A stretch of 59,958 nt of DNA, counting the filler. It is 7 parts of 7 records of this genome, joined end to end, with 100 filler letters (N's around TTAATTAATTAA, not from the genome) between each part and the next. Parts side by side here need not be neighbours in the genome. Positions count along the whole stretch, not along the records: positions 16,613 to 24,814 come from SRR31147125_21814; positions 24,915 to 30,616 come from SRR31147125_21872; positions 30,717 to 42,068 come from SRR31147125_21884; 4 more parts are not named here. One strand, written 5' to 3'. Below the pieces are notes generated by a model, which saw nothing but the letters and a program-made list of their open reading frames with translations, ran no database searches and had not been told where the DNA came from. Within the stretch, counting starts at the first letter, position 1. The number at the start of each line of letters is the position of its first letter. The position numbers and the translations under genes were made by a program. Below are positions 21,338-30,806 of this stretch, one piece after another.

Positions 21338-22420
21338 TCAGGCTTCGGTGAAATCCGTTGGTGGTGTCTTAAGCAGCGGCCGGAAGCGGGCCTTGTCATT
21401 GGCCTTGGTGTAGGCGTCATCCGCAGTGATGCGTCCCTTGTTGTACAATTCCATGATCGCATCGTCGAGCAGTTGCATGCCATATTTCTTTCCGGTTTGC
21501 ATCATGGATGGTAACTGATGGGATTTTGACTCGCGGATCAGGTTCCGTACGGCCGGCGTGGCGATAAGGATTTCCAGCGCCGGCACACGGCCTTTCTTAT
21601 CGACGCGCTTGAACAAGGTCTGGGAAATAATGGCCCGGATACCATCGGAGAGGGTGGAGCGAATTTGGGCCTGTTCCTGGGCGGGAAAAACCTCCACGAT
21701 ACGATCAACGGTTTTGGGGGCACTGGTGGTATGCAGGGTGCCGAACACCAGATGGCCGGTGGACGCCGCCTCGATGGCCAACGAGATGGTCTCCAAGTCA
21801 CGCATTTCACCAACCAGGATAATATCGGGATCCTCGCGCAGGGCGCCGCGCAGGGCGGCGCTAAAGGATTTGGTGTGCAGACCGACCTCACGGTGATTGA
21901 CCAGACACGACCGACTTTTGTGGACGAACTCGATGGGGTCCTCGATGGTTATGATATGGTCGGCACGGGTCCGGTTGGCCACATCGATAATGGCGGCCAA
22001 GGTCGTGGATTTACCCGAACCGGTCGGCCCGGTGACAATGACCAGTCCCCGGGGCAGGGAGGCCAATTTGGAAATCACGGGCGGCAGCCCCAATTGTTCA
22101 GCCGTCAAGATGGTACTGGGAATCTCGCGGAATACGGCCCCGATACCGTTTTTCTGCATGAAATAGTTGGCGCGGTAGCGGGCCAGTCCCGGGATTTCAT
22201 AGCCGAAGTCCACATCGCCGGTTTCTTCGAAAAGCTTGACCTTGTCTTCGGGGGTGATTTCATAGAGCATCTTGCGCAGATCGTCGTTGTCAAGCACTTT
22301 ATATTTCACCCGCTCAACATCACCGTGGATACGCAGCGCAGGCGGCTGGCCGGATAGCAGGTGGAGGTCGGAAGCATTCTGTTCGTGCATAAGCTTGAAA
22401 AAAGCATCGATCTTGGCCAT
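21338..22420 (-). CDS. pilT: Twitching motility retraction ATPase PilT
   Basis: MAKIDAFF start, SDLHL, GPTGSGKSTT, LREDPDIILVGEMRD, AVRNLIRE motif. Confidence 0.95.
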   Translation of the reverse strand: MAKIDAFFKLMHEQNASDLHLLSGQPPALRIHGDVERVKYKVLDNDDLRKMLYEITPEDKVKLFEETGDVDFGYEIPGLARYRANYFMQKNGIGAVFREIPSTILTAEQLGLPPVISKLASLPRGLVIVTGPTGSGKSTTLAAIIDVANRTRADHIITIEDPIEFVHKSRSCLVNHREVGLHTKSFSAALRGALREDPDIILVGEMRDLETISLAIEAASTGHLVFGTLHTTSAPKTVDRIVEVFPAQEQAQIRSTLSDGIRAIISQTLFKRVDKKGRVPALEILIATPAVRNLIRESKSHQLPSMMQTGKKYGMQLLDDAIMELYNKGRITADDAYTKANDKARFRPLLKTPPTDFTEA

Positions 22421-22528
22421 ACAAGTCTCCTGAAAAATAAAAATTACATGGTTGGCAACTGATCGTTGCTGGATGAAATGATCATCCAACCCGGGTAGAG
22501 ATACCCGAAACAAACGCTTGATACCGAT

Positions 22529-22555
22529 ATATCGGCCGTCCGCCTCACTTGTTGA
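22529..22555 (-). promoter_or_regulatory. Candidate sigma28 (FliA) promoter for pilT
   Basis: Minus strand TCAA-N15-GCCGATAT. Confidence 0.5.
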
Positions 22556-23042
22556 GCACTTTTATTTTTGTATCTTCCACATCCAAAGATTCCATCCCTT
22601 CTTTGCCAATCTCCAAAAGTTTGGTATGCGCATCGATGATAGACCTTATCTGCACTTCTATCTGAATGCGCTGGCGCTTGAGTTCGGCAATATCTTCATG
22701 CAGCTGGGATAGACGACCGTGCGCTCGATTGAGAATTTTTTCGGCCTTGACCTCCGCATCGGCAATAATGATCTCCGCCGATTTCCGGGCATTGTCCTTC
22801 ATTTGCTCGAGAACTTTCTGAGAATTGAGCATCGCCCGTTTAAAGGTCTCCTCGCGCTCCTTGTATCCTTGTGTCTCCAGCTTTAATCGGCGGATCTCTT
22901 CTTCCTGCCGTTTGCTGGTTTCTTGAAGCGCCGCGACCGCATCGGCCGTTTGTTCAAGAAACCGATCCACCTCACGGACATCGAATCCGCGGAAGCGGAC
23001 TTTAAATTGCTGCTGCTGAATATCCAACGGCGTTAACTTCAT
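22545..23042 (-). CDS. divIVA: DivIVA-domain protein
   Basis: LTPLDIQQQQF..FRGFDVREVDRFL followed by coiled coil. Confidence 0.9.
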   Translation of the reverse strand: MKLTPLDIQQQQFKVRFRGFDVREVDRFLEQTADAVAALQETSKRQEEEIRRLKLETQGYKEREETFKRAMLNSQKVLEQMKDNARKSAEIIIADAEVKAEKILNRAHGRLSQLHEDIAELKRQRIQIEVQIRSIIDAHTKLLEIGKEGMESLDVEDTKIKVLNK

Positions 23043-23067
23043 TGAAGCGCCCCTGCTTTAGACGGTG

Positions 23068-23367
23068 TTAAATCATGGATGCAGCCATTCGCAAAAGGCT
23101 GTTGACAAAAAATGTGCGCAGAAAAATGATCCCGAGGAAAATGATGATGGGAGAGAAATCGATCCCTCCGAAGCTAATCGGCAGTTTCGACCGGATGGGA
23201 TACATGATCGGTTCGGTTACATTGTGAATGAATCTGACAATCGGATTGTACGGGTCAGGATTGACCCAGGACAATATTGCACGGGCAATGACAATCCACA
23301 TGAAGAATATCAGCACGATATCCATCACTTTGGCTGCCGCCATCAGAAAATAGCCTACGATATACAT
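23068..23367 (-). CDS. yggT: YggT family membrane protein
   Basis: ILSWVNPDPYNP, TEP, IDFSPII. Confidence 0.93.
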   Translation of the reverse strand: MYIVGYFLMAAAKVMDIVLIFFMWIVIARAILSWVNPDPYNPIVRFIHNVTEPIMYPIRSKLPISFGGIDFSPIIIFLGIIFLRTFFVNSLLRMAASMI

Positions 23368-23562
23368 GCAAAGAGATTCCTTAAGCGATAATGGGTGGTC
23401 CTTAAAAAGGCCGTGCTAGGACTTACAACAATGGAAAAATACGACCTTTTCCACGGATTCGTCAAGGTTTTTCATGGGGTTGCAGGAATTTGGAAGAGAA
23501 AATTGTGAATTCGAATACCACCGCTTGACATTTTTATCGGTCATTTGTCATTCATCAGCCGG

Positions 23563-23760
23563 CTATCCGCCGGCTATCATGGGGACGGGGATCACTCGGG
23601 AGCCGTCGGGTACCGGCGTGGAGGCGAAATGGGGACGTGAAACCAGCTTGCCATTTAGTTTCACGACCGCATAGGAATGGCCCTCCTCGAGTTCGGCAAG
23701 CAATGCAGCCAGCGTCAGCCCCTCCTGCCAGGGAAAATCGTGATAGCCCACGGAAACCAT
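23563..23760 (-). CDS. MoaD/ThiS family sulfur carrier
   Basis: 65 aa ubiquitin-like, C-terminal IAGG; directly after AOR. Confidence 0.85.
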   Translation of the reverse strand: MVSVGYHDFPWQEGLTLAALLAELEEGHSYAVVKLNGKLVSRPHFASTPVPDGSRVIPVPMIAGG

Positions 23761-24814
23761 CTATTTCACCCCATTTGCCGCCAATACTGCCATCACCTCT
23801 GGGAAATCGATGCCCAGCCGTTTGACCGTCGCCACCGTCGGGATGCCGTTGGGCGTCCAGCCGCGGCGTTTGTATACCGCATCTTTCAGGGTTTCATACT
23901 GGGCTTCGCGATGCCGGCGCAGTTCGGCCACCTTCCATGGCGTATCCTTGCCCTTGATATCGACGCCGAATTTTTCCGAAAGCTGGGTATCGTAGCGCTC
24001 CTGCCGTGATTCATACTCTTGGACGGTAACCGGTCCCACGGCACGGTAGGGCAGGCTGTCGTGCTCACGGGTCCCGTATCCCATCTTAAGGTTGAAAACA
24101 CGCTGGAAGTTGTAGACGGCCTCGCTCATGGTAATCAGATCGTCCGGGGCGACCTTGTTGCCGGTGACCGCCGTGTAATAATCGGCGTACCACCCCACGT
24201 GTTTCATCACCTTGGCCGGTTCAGCAGTGTCCTTGTTGTCCTCGGGAACAATGTCATTCCAGGGTAATTTACACAGGCCGCATAGGCCAAACCAGGTACG
24301 GAACATGGGAAACCAGTGCAGAGCCTCGGCTTTTTGCTCGAACGTGGGCATGAAGTTGTGAACCATATCCAGAAAAATCAACCAGGCCTCGTCGTGCTGG
24401 GGCCCCTTTAAGGCCAGACCATAGCCGCCCTGTTGGGCCAAGGATTCCTTGGTCATGTACTCGGAGAATTCCAACCCCTTGGATTCCATACCAATATCCT
24501 GAAGCATGGCGGCATCGGCACCGTATCGCTCGGCAAAGATCGTCTTCATCCGGCGGACCCCCTGACCGACAATGGCGCCGAATCCGTTACCGGCGGCCAT
24601 CTGATGGATCAACTCCAGGGCTCCCAGCCGGTTACCAAAGGAAAGATCCAGCCCACCCGTATGCTGGTTGTCGATCAACCCCCGTTCGAAGCACTCCATG
24701 ACGAAGGCGATGGCCGTGCCCACGCTGATGGTGTCGAGGCCATAGGTGTCACAATAGAAATTGATTTCAAGGATCGTAAAAGGATCGAAAATGCCCAGGT
24801 TGGATCCGCAGCCG
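23761..24814 (-). CDS. Tungsten aldehyde:ferredoxin oxidoreductase family, C-terminal part
   Basis: CDTYGLDTIS, MECFERG, RGWTPNGIPT..RLGI; 5' end beyond contig. Confidence 0.88.
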
Positions 24815-24914
24815 NNNNNNNNNNNNNNNNNNNNNNNNNNNNNNNNNNNNNNNNNNNNTTAATTAATTAANNNNNNNNNNNNNNNNNNNNNNNNNNNNNN
24901 NNNNNNNNNNNNNN
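24815..24914. other. Artificial contig linker
   Basis: N44-TTAATTAATTAA-N44. Confidence 0.99.
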
Positions 24915-24983
24915 CATAGTCAGGTTTTGTTAATATTTGTAACTCATTTTTCTTGCCACACTTCGGCTATTTTTTTAGCGCTC

Positions 24984-25013
24984 AACTACGGATAAAATTC
25001 TAAATGTTATATG
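24984..25013 (+). mobile_element. Integron core site (GTTATATG) at cassette 5' boundary; possible attI
   Basis: GTTATATG (25006-25013) is the exact reverse complement of CATATAAC (29072-29079) at the left end of the downstream attC; no attC-type right arm precedes it. Confidence 0.5.
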
Positions 25014-25065
25014 CATAGATATTAAAATCAAAATAATTTTATAGATAATATTTTTTATAAGGGAT

Positions 25066-26289
25066 ATGCTAATGGCTGATAAAACAATAAAGAAAAAATC
25101 AAATTGGCTATTTAGTAAATTTACAGCACTAATTGGTATTATAATAATTGCAGCCATAGGTTGGCTTGTTGGCCGGCAACTTGATTGGTGGAGTAGCGGT
25201 GATATACGTGATAAGTATATAGCTGTTGTAATAACCAACAAAAGTGATGCAACTTTTACGATTCCTAAAGAATTCCGTCAAGGATTTGGTGATCCTATTC
25301 CATTTTCATCGACAAATAAAAAACAAAATATTCGATTTGAAAAGATGGATGATTTATTATCTGCCGAGCAAGCACAAATAATTGCACAAAAATTACTTTC
25401 TGATGAAAATTGTATTATGATTATTGGTAACTCAACTAGCTCTCTTACTGAAGTGACTCTAAATTCTATCCTAAGCTCACAAAATACAAAGCCTGGTTTC
25501 TTATTACCAATTGCTACTGCTGACGATTTAATCGAGATGGCAAAAGACCAAAATTATACCGCCATTCTTAGAATGATGCCAAATAATGAAAGACAAGCTG
25601 TTAGCATCAAAAATTTTATTTTCCAAAAATTCAATAAGAGTGTAATTAAAATTGCTATACTATCTGATGAGGAAAACACTACATATTCTCATAATTTATC
25701 ACAAAAAATATCCGATAAAATTATTCTGGACAAGTCAGTAAATGGAAAGGAGGGAATTATTGTATTAAAAAAAGATTATGGTAACTCAAATAGGTTAATA
25801 AACGACTATAGTTTGTTGAAGCAATTTGCACAATTGCCGGATATAATAATTTTTGTAGGCATTTCTTCGAATGGTAGTTTATTGATGGAAGAATTGAAAA
25901 ACCTAAATATTTCTATTCCAGTAATTTTTACAGATGGATGTACTGTAAATAATTTGATGGAAAAATCAAAGAACAATCCCAATAACTATTTTATCTCAGC
26001 TGTTGATATTGATTTACAAGGTAATGAAAATAAAACACCGACTTATAATCCAGTTGGTATTGACGCTCGTGAATTGTCGAAAATAATAATAAGTAAGATA
26101 CGCAATAATGTTACAAGAGCAAGTGTAGCAAATAAAATTGAATCATTAAGAAAAGAGAATGAACAATTAATAGATAATGGGAGTGCTGGAAATTATCAAT
26201 TTAATAACAATGGAGATAACATGAAAATGAAGTGGCGAGTATATGCATATATAAACGACAAATTGGAAAAGGTTTTTGATGGAATCTAA
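25066..26289 (+). CDS. Membrane-anchored type I periplasmic-binding protein (LivJ/branched-chain ABC SBP-like)
   Basis: N-terminal TM helix; IIGNSTSS, LLPIATAD, ILRMMPNNERQA, IAIL..E..YS, VIFTDG motifs. Confidence 0.75.
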   Translation: MLMADKTIKKKSNWLFSKFTALIGIIIIAAIGWLVGRQLDWWSSGDIRDKYIAVVITNKSDATFTIPKEFRQGFGDPIPFSSTNKKQNIRFEKMDDLLSAEQAQIIAQKLLSDENCIMIIGNSTSSLTEVTLNSILSSQNTKPGFLLPIATADDLIEMAKDQNYTAILRMMPNNERQAVSIKNFIFQKFNKSVIKIAILSDEENTTYSHNLSQKISDKIILDKSVNGKEGIIVLKKDYGNSNRLINDYSLLKQFAQLPDIIIFVGISSNGSLLMEELKNLNISIPVIFTDGCTVNNLMEKSKNNPNNYFISAVDIDLQGNENKTPTYNPVGIDARELSKIIISKIRNNVTRASVANKIESLRKENEQLIDNGSAGNYQFNNNGDNMKMKWRVYAYINDKLEKVFDGI

Positions 26290-27678
26290 AAAGATTACTT
26301 TAATACAGCCGAGACATATTTATGCTCCAGATTTTTCATTTGAGAAAATTGGGCATATTTATATGCCTACATCATTGCTTGCTGCAGCAACCAAATTTCT
26401 TAATTCAGGAATTTCGGTAAAATTCTATGATGAGAATATTTATGAATGTGATACTTTTGATACTACAATCGGAATCAATTTACTCGGGGCTCCATATATA
26501 CCAACCATATACAATTATATTAAAAAGTTAAAAAGTTTATATTTTAGTAATTATAAGTTAATCATCGGTGGTCAAATAGCTAATGGCATAACTGCTTTTC
26601 AATTATCTACAATGTTCAATAAAAATATAGTTAATGGTAATAATTTTAATAATCTAAAAAATATCTTTTGCTTTGATCATCTACATCCTATCGAGGAACT
26701 TTCACTTATTCCAGCATATAAATTAATTCCAGAAGATTATATGAAAATCTATCTTTCTCATGAGTTTGGTTTTTATTTATCTCAAGGGTGTAAATACACA
26801 TGTGATTTTTGTGCTGCAAAACATAATGCAATTAATCCAGATACTGGCAAGATTAATGGTACAGGTGAGGTTTATAGAAATATAGAAATTGCTATTAAAG
26901 ATTTAAGATATTTAATAACTAAAGCAATTCAATTTGACATAAACAAATTAGTAATCTACTTATCAAACCTTGACCTTTTTCAAACACCTTCGATGTTGAA
27001 TCAATTCGCTTTAAAAGTAATTCGAATCAGGAAAGAGTATGGAAATTACGATTTAAAATTGAGAGGTCTATCAACTGTAAGATCTTTCATGCAAACTCAT
27101 AAAAAACACCCTGAAATAATTAAAAATATTATACAAGCGGGTTTATATCGTATTGGATTTGGGATTGATGGTGCAACACCAAAAGTTTGGAAAAAATTAG
27201 AAAACCTCAGACAGAATCAGAATGTATAAACGCGATATCTATTTCAAATATACATTATGGTATTATACCAGAAACTCTAATGGTATTTGGCCATAATAAT
27301 GTTGAGGATGAAGAATCTTTAAAATTAGCATACGAGTTTTCCGCTGAAATGCTAGATAAATATAGTGCTCTACCACGTCCTCATATTGCAAAAGATATTG
27401 TTCCTGGTAACGATGGCTGGTACAACTCGGCTAATAAAAATATTGTAAATTTATATATTAATAATCCAATGCTTTTCCAGAATTTAGATTTTACTGCAAT
27501 ACCTTCGCCGGTTACTCACCCTAATAATGAATTTCGTGACCTGGTTACAAAATACTATTTAAAAGTTTGTGAATTACCAAATTGCTTGACACAGTATGTT
27601 TTACCAGAATTGCCTAGCATGGATACTATAGAACTATCAAAGGTTAGAGCTTTTAATTTGAAAAGATACGATATATAA
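26279..27678 (+). CDS. B12-binding-like radical SAM protein, split by 1-nt frameshift in A run near 27191-27196
   Basis: GCKYTCDFCAA (CxxxCxxC), N-terminal LIQPR...LIIGGQ, AGLYRIGFGIDG; adding one A joins ORFs 26276-27229 and 27187-27678 into ~466 aa. Confidence 0.85.
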
Positions 27679-27690
27679 ATGGAGGCGGGA

Positions 27691-29049
27691 ATGGATTTAG
27701 ATAAATTCTTTGAGACAACTGTTGGCGTTATATGGAATTTGCCATTAGTTTTTTTAATAGTTTTTGTTGGTATTATATTAATTATTATCTCAAAAGGATT
27801 ACCAATAATAAAAATTAACCATGCATTCAAAATTTTGCGAGGTATGTACTCAGATAATGATCAACCCGGTCTTATCAGCCATTTTCAGGCTATGTCTGCT
27901 TCATTATCTGGTACTGTGGGGCTTGGTAATATTGCAGGTGTTTCTGTTGCTATAATTTCTGGTGGTCCAGGTTCGATTGTGTGGATGTGGCTTATAGGCA
28001 TTGTTGGAATGTTTATCCGATTTTTTACTTGTACGCTGGCTGTAAAATATAGAAAAGTATTACCTGACGGCAGTGTCTCCGGTGGGCCAATGCAGGTTAT
28101 TGAACAAGGTTTAAGTAAAAACTGGAAACCCCTCTCAATTATATCTGCGGTTTTAGTAATAATAGCTTCTTTTGGTGGTGGCACTATGTTCCAATCAAAT
28201 CAATTAAGTGTAGCAATGAATTATTATTTCTCAATTCCAAAAGTTTTTGTTGGTATTATTTTATCTGTATTAGTAGCATTAGTTATTCTTGGAGGTATTA
28301 AGCGCATTGGTTCAGTCGCAGCCAAAATAGTCCCCTTTATGTGCATTCTATATGTTTTTGGCTCTTTACTTGTTATATTTCTACATATATCAAAAATACC
28401 TTCTATGTTTATGCTAATATTTAGGGATGCATTTACAGGGCAAGCAGTTGCTGGTGGTATAATAGGTACAGTTATTGTTCAAGGGGTGAAGCGCGCTGTT
28501 TTCTCAAGTGAAGCAGGTTTGGGTAGCGCACCCATTGCTCATGCTGCAGTTAAAACAAATGAGCCGGTACGTCAAGGATTGGTTGCTATGCTTGATCCAT
28601 TCATTGATATTATAATTATTTGTACAATGACCGCTTTGGTAGTTACGATCTCAGGGGTTTACACCGATAGTAATATAATATCACAAGCTTCTTCTAATTC
28701 TGATCTTAAGGGATTAATAATCACAAGCGAGGCATTCAACCAATCAATTCCTGGCTTTGGTAAGTATTTTGTTAGTATAGCCGTATTCTTTTTTGCCTTA
28801 ACTTCTATTATAAGTTGGGCTTATTATGGTGAACAAGGCTGTCTTTATCTATTCGGCCAAAATTCTGTTATACCCTATCGGATATTCTTTATTATCGTTG
28901 TTTCTCTTGGAACAATTTGGAAATTTGGTCCTGTTATAAATTTCTCAGATACAATGTTTGGGTTAATGGTTATACCAACTCTAATGTCTACTGTATTGCT
29001 TAGTGGACAAGTTATGAAAATGGCAAAGCATTATTTTTCCAATAATTGA
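27691..29049 (+). CDS. Alanine/glycine:cation symporter (AGCS/AlsT family)
   Basis: GTVGLGNIAGV, GGPGSIVWMW, GGPM, FSSEAGLGSAPIAHA; GGAGG RBS at 27681. Confidence 0.95.
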   Translation: MDLDKFFETTVGVIWNLPLVFLIVFVGIILIIISKGLPIIKINHAFKILRGMYSDNDQPGLISHFQAMSASLSGTVGLGNIAGVSVAIISGGPGSIVWMWLIGIVGMFIRFFTCTLAVKYRKVLPDGSVSGGPMQVIEQGLSKNWKPLSIISAVLVIIASFGGGTMFQSNQLSVAMNYYFSIPKVFVGIILSVLVALVILGGIKRIGSVAAKIVPFMCILYVFGSLLVIFLHISKIPSMFMLIFRDAFTGQAVAGGIIGTVIVQGVKRAVFSSEAGLGSAPIAHAAVKTNEPVRQGLVAMLDPFIDIIIICTMTALVVTISGVYTDSNIISQASSNSDLKGLIITSEAFNQSIPGFGKYFVSIAVFFFALTSIISWAYYGEQGCLYLFGQNSVIPYRIFFIIVVSLGTIWKFGPVINFSDTMFGLMVIPTLMSTVLLSGQVMKMAKHYFSNN

Positions 29050-29072
29050 AATTACAGTTGTTGGACAAGATC

Positions 29073-29206
29073 ATATAACCAAGTGCTTGTACTGAACCGG
29101 CTAAGTGGGGCGATTTTCCGAACGTTCGGTGGTTTAATCAAGTCTGGTGTTTTTATTATCATTTTGTAGGTATCAATCGGCGGGCAGCACAGCACTATCG
29201 TTATAT
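29073..29206 (+). mobile_element. Integron attC recombination site
   Basis: ATATAAC...GTTATAT ends; AGTGCT(T)GTACTG pairs with CAGCACAGCACT with one extrahelical base and a mismatch that becomes G-T on the bottom strand; 134 bp; 23 nt after a stop codon. Confidence 0.75.
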
Positions 29207-29224
29207 TTAACTCCAAGGCTGACT

Positions 29225-29497
29225 ATGAAAAACCGCAAACATTTCTACCACAAGCCCTTACACTGGCCTCATACCAGCCAATCCCGCCTGCTTGTCACGC
29301 TTTACCTGTTAAACTGCGTGATCGGCTGGAATAAATTCACACTGCAGGCACAGAGCCAGCCTGCAGTTCCATTTCACGAGCCTTACAACGTGATGGAGTA
29401 TGGAGCAATAGGCGATGGACAGGTTAACGCCGCTGCCGAGATCCAGAAGGCCATTGTTCACCTAAATGAATGCCCTGACAACGTTGAATTTGGATAG
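29225..29497 (+). pseudogene. Truncated secreted beta-helix glycoside hydrolase (GH28/pectate-lyase-3-like N-terminus)
   Basis: YNVMEYGAIGDG...EIQKAI motif, then ends inside the 61-bp repeat. Confidence 0.6.
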
Positions 29498-29570
29498 GAA
29501 ACATTCCCTTTTTCATTGGTTTCGCAAGGGATTCGATGGAAAAAATGGCAAGGGGGTAAATCCCTTGCGA
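29486..29570. repeat. REP-like repeat, copy 1, with internal inverted repeat
   Basis: 29486-29546 recurs at 30556-30616; TCGCAAGGGATT (29522-29533) / AATCCCTTGCGA (29559-29570) perfect 12-bp IR. Confidence 0.8.
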
Positions 29571-29623
29571 GCAGGGATATTCTCTACTTAATTTGATAAA
29601 TAATAATAATTAAACGAGGCAAG

Positions 29624-30496
29624 ATGGTGAAAATAGGAATAATACAATTCGTTGTAATTCATCTGATTTTGCTGTCCGGCAATATTGGGTTTACAAAAGA
29701 AGAATCCGGAAAAAATAGTCTGATTGATTTTCGTGATTCCCGCTCTATAAAAAGCCAAAAACCTATATTGATAGCGCATAGAGGAGGGTACGTATCAGAT
29801 CAAAGTCCGGAATGCTCAATTGCAGCTATCCAGTTGGCTAAACAGCGAGGTTATGCAATGGTTGAATTGGACATCCAAAAAAGCAAAGATAATATTCCTA
29901 TTGTTTTTCATGATAATGATATGAAAACAGCATGTGGCATTAATAAAAGTATAAAAGACTTGAATGCTGACGAGATCGTAAAAATAGCTTATGCTAATTC
30001 TGATCAGATGATTTGCACTTTAGAAATGGCCCTGGATATTTGTCGTTCTTTGAATCTTGGACTTATGCTGGATGTGAAAATTAAGGGAGATGAAACGTTT
30101 TTTCAGAACATCGTTGCACTGGTAAAAAAGTATGGTTTTGAAAACTCTAGTGTTACAATAAATTCAGATCCCGTTTTACGAAAGCATTTAAAGGAAATTG
30201 CTTTGTTGACCGTTACTCAGGATGAATTCAATAAAGTGCAGAAAGGATTACCTTGTGATTTGAGCAATAAATTCTGGTTTGGATTACCGAACCAGTTGAC
30301 GAATGAGATGGTCAAACGTTTACAGCAGAATGATGCGTATGTGATTCCTGCTATCAACACATTCCGTTATCCGAATGAAGGGCATTATGAATTAGCACGC
30401 AAAGACATTCAAAGACTAAATGAAGCTGGCGTGGATGGTTATCAAATTGATTCCGTATATCAACCATTGTTTTTAGATAAGCAAAGAGAAAAATAA
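29624..30496 (+). CDS. Glycerophosphodiester phosphodiesterase family protein, secreted
   Basis: IAHRGG, PECSIAA, VELDIQKSKD.IPIVFHD, GVDGYQID; signal peptide. Confidence 0.9.
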   Translation: MVKIGIIQFVVIHLILLSGNIGFTKEESGKNSLIDFRDSRSIKSQKPILIAHRGGYVSDQSPECSIAAIQLAKQRGYAMVELDIQKSKDNIPIVFHDNDMKTACGINKSIKDLNADEIVKIAYANSDQMICTLEMALDICRSLNLGLMLDVKIKGDETFFQNIVALVKKYGFENSSVTINSDPVLRKHLKEIALLTVTQDEFNKVQKGLPCDLSNKFWFGLPNQLTNEMVKRLQQNDAYVIPAINTFRYPNEGHYELARKDIQRLNEAGVDGYQIDSVYQPLFLDKQREK

Positions 30497-30555
30497 TATA
30501 TAAATATGGCACTTTAGAGGAAATCGGTTTAGCATTATCTGCATTGGAAAGCATA

Positions 30556-30616
30556 GAATTTGGATAGGGAGGCAATTCCTTTTTCCTGGTTTCGCAAGGG
30601 ATTCCATGGAAAAAAT
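30556..30616. repeat. REP-like repeat, copy 2 (truncated at contig end)
   Basis: GAATTTGGATAGG...GGTTTCGCAAGGGATTC.ATGGAAAAAAT matches copy 1. Confidence 0.8.
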
Positions 30617-30716
30617 NNNNNNNNNNNNNNNNNNNNNNNNNNNNNNNNNNNNNNNNNNNNTTAATTAATTAANNNNNNNNNNNNNNNNNNNNNNNNNNNN
30701 NNNNNNNNNNNNNNNN
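30617..30716. other. Artificial contig linker
   Basis: N44-TTAATTAATTAA-N44. Confidence 0.99.
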
Positions 30717-30806
30717 TATTACTCAACAAGCCCTTATGACAATCAGGCTGCTCGGTGATTTCAAATCGGCAGCCTGAAAATTTAAGAAGATAGTAAGGTG
30801 AAAAAA

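Noticed and set aside
16561-24870. Many overlapping antisense or alternate-frame ORFs in the GC-rich contig (and similar ones elsewhere)
   Set aside because: Shadows of well-supported genes with no motifs or RBS
26279-27678. Radical SAM as a prokaryotic viperin
   Set aside because: Longer, with a ~170-aa N-terminal domain before CxxxCxxC, unlike the compact viperin architecture
29486-30616. Direct repeats as a CRISPR array
   Set aside because: Only two 61-bp copies about 1 kb apart enclosing a gene; no cas genes
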